The notes beneath the pieces are model-generated. The model did no database searches. It was not told the DNA's origin and was given only the letters and a program-made list of their open reading frames with translations. DNA of 11,020 nucleotides from Fonticula alba ATCC 38817 (lineage: Eukaryota > Protista > Nucleariida). The stretch lies in assembly GCA_000388065.2 (NCBI GenBank), contig KB932211.1; one strand, 5' to 3'. Below, piece after piece: positions 8,368-11,020 of the stretch (position 1 is the stretch's first letter; each line of letters opens with the position of its first letter). A program made the position numbers and the translations under genes.

Positions 8368-10102
8368 CTAGGCATCGGCATCCATTTCCTGCGGCTCCAC
8401 GCGGAAGGACAGATACAGGAAGGTCGGGTTGTGGTTCTCCTTGAAGTAGATGCCGCGATAAAGCAGGTCCGTGGCCAGGGCGATGTGGATGCGGTTGAGG
8501 CGCTTGGTGGCCGTGCTGTACACCGACAGCGGGGCCGAGCCGGTGATGATGCTCATGATCTGGAAGCGCCCGGTGTGGTTGGCCACCCGCTGCAGGCGCT
8601 GGATGGCGAAGAGCAAGTAAACCAGGGCTGCGCGCCGCGGGCGGTCGCCCCACCGGCCGGGGTCGATGTGCCGGTCGCCGGCCCCCCCACGCCCCCCGGG
8701 ACCGGGCCGAATTCGGACGCCTGTCAGTACGTGCCGGCGGAGTGCCCGATGATTAAGGGGAGCCCCCCCCCCCCCGGCCCGGCCCGGCCGGCCGACAAGT
8801 GTGCGCACCCTCCACCAGGTGCAGCCCCTGGAAGTCCGCCACCCGGGGAAGCTTGTCCAGGATCCGCTCGAAGTCCCACTCGAGGTTGCGGCATTTGAAG
8901 ATCTCGCGCCCTGACTGCCACCGGGCGAGCCGCTGCATACGTGGTCGGGCAAAGGGGGCGGAAGCGGGCACAGTGTCAGGCATGCGGGCAAACAGGGGGC
9001 GCCGGGCCGGCCGCACGCACCAACTCCAGCCGGGCCTGCTGCAGGGCCTCCACGTCCAGGGGCTCCGTGTTGCACAGCTTGTCGTAGTTCTCTTGCATGG
9101 CCTCCAGCGGCTTGCGCAGCCTCGTGTACAGCGTCTGCACGGACGACGGCGAGGGCCGCCAGTGGAGCACCCGGTCGGGCAGCTCGGAGATGAGGCCGTC
9201 CGTGCGGCGCTGGTCCAGGAGCTTCAGGATGTGCTTGATGTTGCTCGCGGTGTAGCACAGGTACATGCCCGGGCTGTCGCGATTGTATGCCGTCATGATG
9301 AACCGCTCGAAGGAGGGGCCCAGGTGCAGCGGGGCTGGCGGCGGGTCGGCCTTCGAGTCGAGCTCCTGCGAGCCTGCCTCGCCGGCGTCGGCCGGGTCCG
9401 GCCCCGGCGGGGCCTTGGGGTCCGCCGCGCCGGGCAGCTCCCCCTGGTGGGGTTCCTGCACGTGGCCGGCCTCGGCCGTGGGGCCGGCCGGCTGCTCCTC
9501 GCCCGGGGGCCGGACCGCCGCCCGCGCGCCCCACGGCGACTGCCCGAGCACGGTCGAGATCGGCACGAACTTCTGGCGCCGGGCGGCCCGGGGTGCCAGC
9601 AGCGGGCTGGTGCCGCCCGGGGCCGCGGCCTCCGGTGTCGGCTCGGCCGCCGGCGTCGGCGACGCAGGGGCCGGGGGGCTGGCCGCCGGGGCCGGCTCGG
9701 TCTCGCGCGGCCGGGCCGGCCGGACCGTCGGCCGGCTGTCCTCCGCCTCCACCGGCAGCGTCTCATAATGTGTATACAGGCAGCGGTCCTCGAAGCGGCA
9801 CCATCCCTCGGTCAGGTAGGTGTGGCAGGGGTCTGCGCGCCGGGGGGCGGGTCAGCGGCTGCGTGCGGCTGCGGGGTCTATTTGTGCTGATGTGTGCGCG
9901 CGCGGGCGCGCGTAGCCGGGCGGCCCGGCGCCGGCGGAAGGGCGCCCCAACGTACTGCGCGAAACGTCCACCATCGAGGTGCTCCCGGGCACGCCCACCG
10001 AACGGGGGTCCAGCTTGATCTTGTGGTCGTACAGGCAGCTGTCCATGCGGTCGCACCATCCCTCCATGAGGAAGGTATTGCAGGGTTCTTCGTGGGCGCG
10101 AG

Positions 10103-10187
<85 letters not shown>

Positions 10188-10944
10188 CGGGTCAGTATGG
10201 CCGGCCGCGGCCGAGGGCGAGACAGCGAGCCAGGCCGCCCGGTGGCCCAGCCCCATGCCGGAGGGAGGCGCGGGCACCGGGGGCCGCGGCGAGATGGCCC
10301 GGCTTCCCGGCCCCAGGGGGACGTACTGCCGAGTTTGGCCCGGGGCGGGAAGAACACCGGCGGGGGGGCCGCCGGCGCCTCCGGGATGATGACCAGGGTG
10401 TTGCCCGAGCGCTGGGCCGGCTTGCGCGGGGCGGCCTGCCCCGGCTCCGGGCCCGGGGCCTCCGGGATGCTTGCCGGGCGCAGGGTGACCAGGTTGCTGG
10501 CGGCCGGCCGGCGGGCCACAATGCCGAAGGGCCGGGCCACGATGTTCTTGGCCAGCTCCTCGGCGTCGGCCTGGCCGCGTGCGAGGGGTCAGCACCCGGC
10601 TTCGGGTCGGGCCCTCGGGGCATGGGCGGCGGGCGCGTACCTGCGGGATGCCGAGCGGCGTCATGCACGAGATGATGGCCTCGCGCGCGGCGAGGGCATT
10701 TTTGCCGTCCTTCAGCGAGTCGAAGAGGCTCTTCCACACGTCCTCGAGCAGTTGCTGCCGGCGGCCGGGTGCGGGCGTGTGAGTGGCCGGCGGAAGGAAG
10801 CCCTCGGCCGGGCCCGGGGGCCAGCGGCCGCGGCATGTCGGCAGGCGCGTGCGAGTGCGTGTGTGCGCGTACATGGAAGGTGCAGCCCGGCGACAGGGTG
10901 TTGCCTGCCGGCACCAGGATGTCGAACAGCCATTCGGGAGCCAT
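8368..10944 (-). CDS. Tandem CCCH zinc finger / DUF1771-like / Smr-domain protein, 7 exons, 585 aa
   Basis: Exons 10944-10873, 10754-10641, 10570-10327, 10087-9956, 9832-9021, 8932-8809 and 8627-8368 sum to 1758 nt. All introns are GT-AG (118, 70, 239, 123, 88 and 181 nt) with matching phases and CTRAY-like branch motifs. The protein starts MAPEWLFDILVPAGNTLSPGCTFH/QLLEDVWKSLF and ends ..FLYLSFRVEPQEMDADA* (TAG 8370-8368). An unseen upstream exon cannot be excluded. Confidence 0.88.
8404..8842 (-). other. Smr (small MutS-related) domain with degenerate catalytic motifs (split by intron 6)
   Basis: VADFQGLHLVE/ALVYLLFAIQRL..IMSIITGSAPLS..LNRIHIALATDLLYRGIYFKENHNPTFLYLSF follows the Smr layout DLHGLHVxEAxxxL ... 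IITGxGxHS ... L..G..F...N.G.L.V. Confidence 0.8.
8885..9161 (-). other. DUF1771-like helical region (split by intron 5)
   Basis: WRPSPSSVQTLYTRLRKPLEAMQENYDKL..QQARLEL/RLARWQSGREIFKCRN. The W-x6-V-x2-LY-x2-LR start and IF-x2-RN end resemble the region preceding Smr in plant CID7-type and fungal CCCH-Smr proteins. This comparison is from memory; no HMM was run. Confidence 0.6.
9768..9827 (-). other. CCCH zinc finger 2 (C-x8-C-x5-C-x3-H)
   Basis: CHTYLTEGWCRFEDRCLYTH. This frame opens only after the 9833 acceptor and is not shown in the ORF track. Confidence 0.92.
10023..10082 (-). other. CCCH zinc finger 1 (C-x8-C-x5-C-x3-H)
   Basis: CNTFLMEGWCDRMDSCLYDH. Confidence 0.92.
10105..10182. repeat. 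(GT)39 microsatellite in intron 3 of gene 2
   Basis: 78 nt of perfect dinucleotide repeat, seen directly. Confidence 0.98.
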
Positions 10945-10995
10945 CTTGCAGTGTAGCGGGGACAGGTGGAGGGCGGGGGTGAGGCGGGGGGTTCG

Positions 10996-11013
10996 GGAAA
11001 TCCGGCGATTTCC
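10996..11013. promoter_or_regulatory. Perfect dyad GGAAATC-N4-GATTTCC about 50-70 nt upstream of the gene 2 ATG
   Basis: The 7-bp inverted repeat is seen directly; a regulatory role is inference. Confidence 0.3.
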
Positions 11014-11020
11014 TGGGGGT

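Noticed and set aside
8186-8371. Small plus-strand ORF MLLVALCASSAG.. after a C10 run
   Set aside because: The hydrophobic stretch is too short for a signal peptide, the rest is low complexity, and it is antisense to the gene 2 3' region.
4115-8444. Many long overlapping intergenic ORFs on both strands
   Set aside because: Expected when stop codons are scarce at this GC content. They are Arg/Pro/Gly/Ala-rich, have no recognisable motif and show no consistent exon chain. A small gene cannot be fully excluded.
9561-9605. ..RAARRQKFVP as a PAM2 motif
   Set aside because: FxP is present but the Leu and Ala spacing of LxxxAxxFxP is not met.
9768-10082. TTP/TIS11 orthology
   Set aside because: The inter-finger linker is 24 aa rather than 18, there is no RYKTEL-type lead-in, and the protein has an Smr domain.
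10105-10182. Poly-(His-Thr) or poly-(Val-Cys) coding tracts
   Set aside because: These are translations of the intronic dinucleotide repeat. Retention of the 239-nt intron is out of frame and would become in frame only if the repeat changed length, for example by losing one unit.

Overview
Very GC-rich, intron-containing eukaryotic DNA with one scaffold gap (N 2416-2610). The supplied ORFs are mostly GC-driven artefacts. Translating by hand and matching splice phases gives two spliced minus-strand genes. Gene 1 (ATG 3984, join 3984-2643 and 2314-<1, more than 1218 aa, runs off the left edge) is a giant secreted or receptor-type protein. It has a signal peptide, two large low-Cys domains and furin-like Cys-rich repeats. 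Gene 2 (join 10944-10873, 10754-10641, 10570-10327, 10087-9956, 9832-9021, 8932-8809, 8627-8368; 585 aa) has two CCCH zinc fingers, a Pro/Ala-rich linker, a shortened DUF1771-like helical region and a C-terminal Smr domain. The Smr nuclease signature residues are all substituted (DxH to DFQ, GxG to GSA, following His lost), so it is a candidate RNA-binding pseudo-nuclease and the most interesting element here. The 4.4 kb between the genes has no credible CDS but holds micro/minisatellites, a small duplication, a hairpin and one AT-rich island. Gene style and the receptor family resemble Fonticula alba as I remember it; that is inference, not a database result. No rRNA, tRNA, CRISPR array or mobile element is supported.
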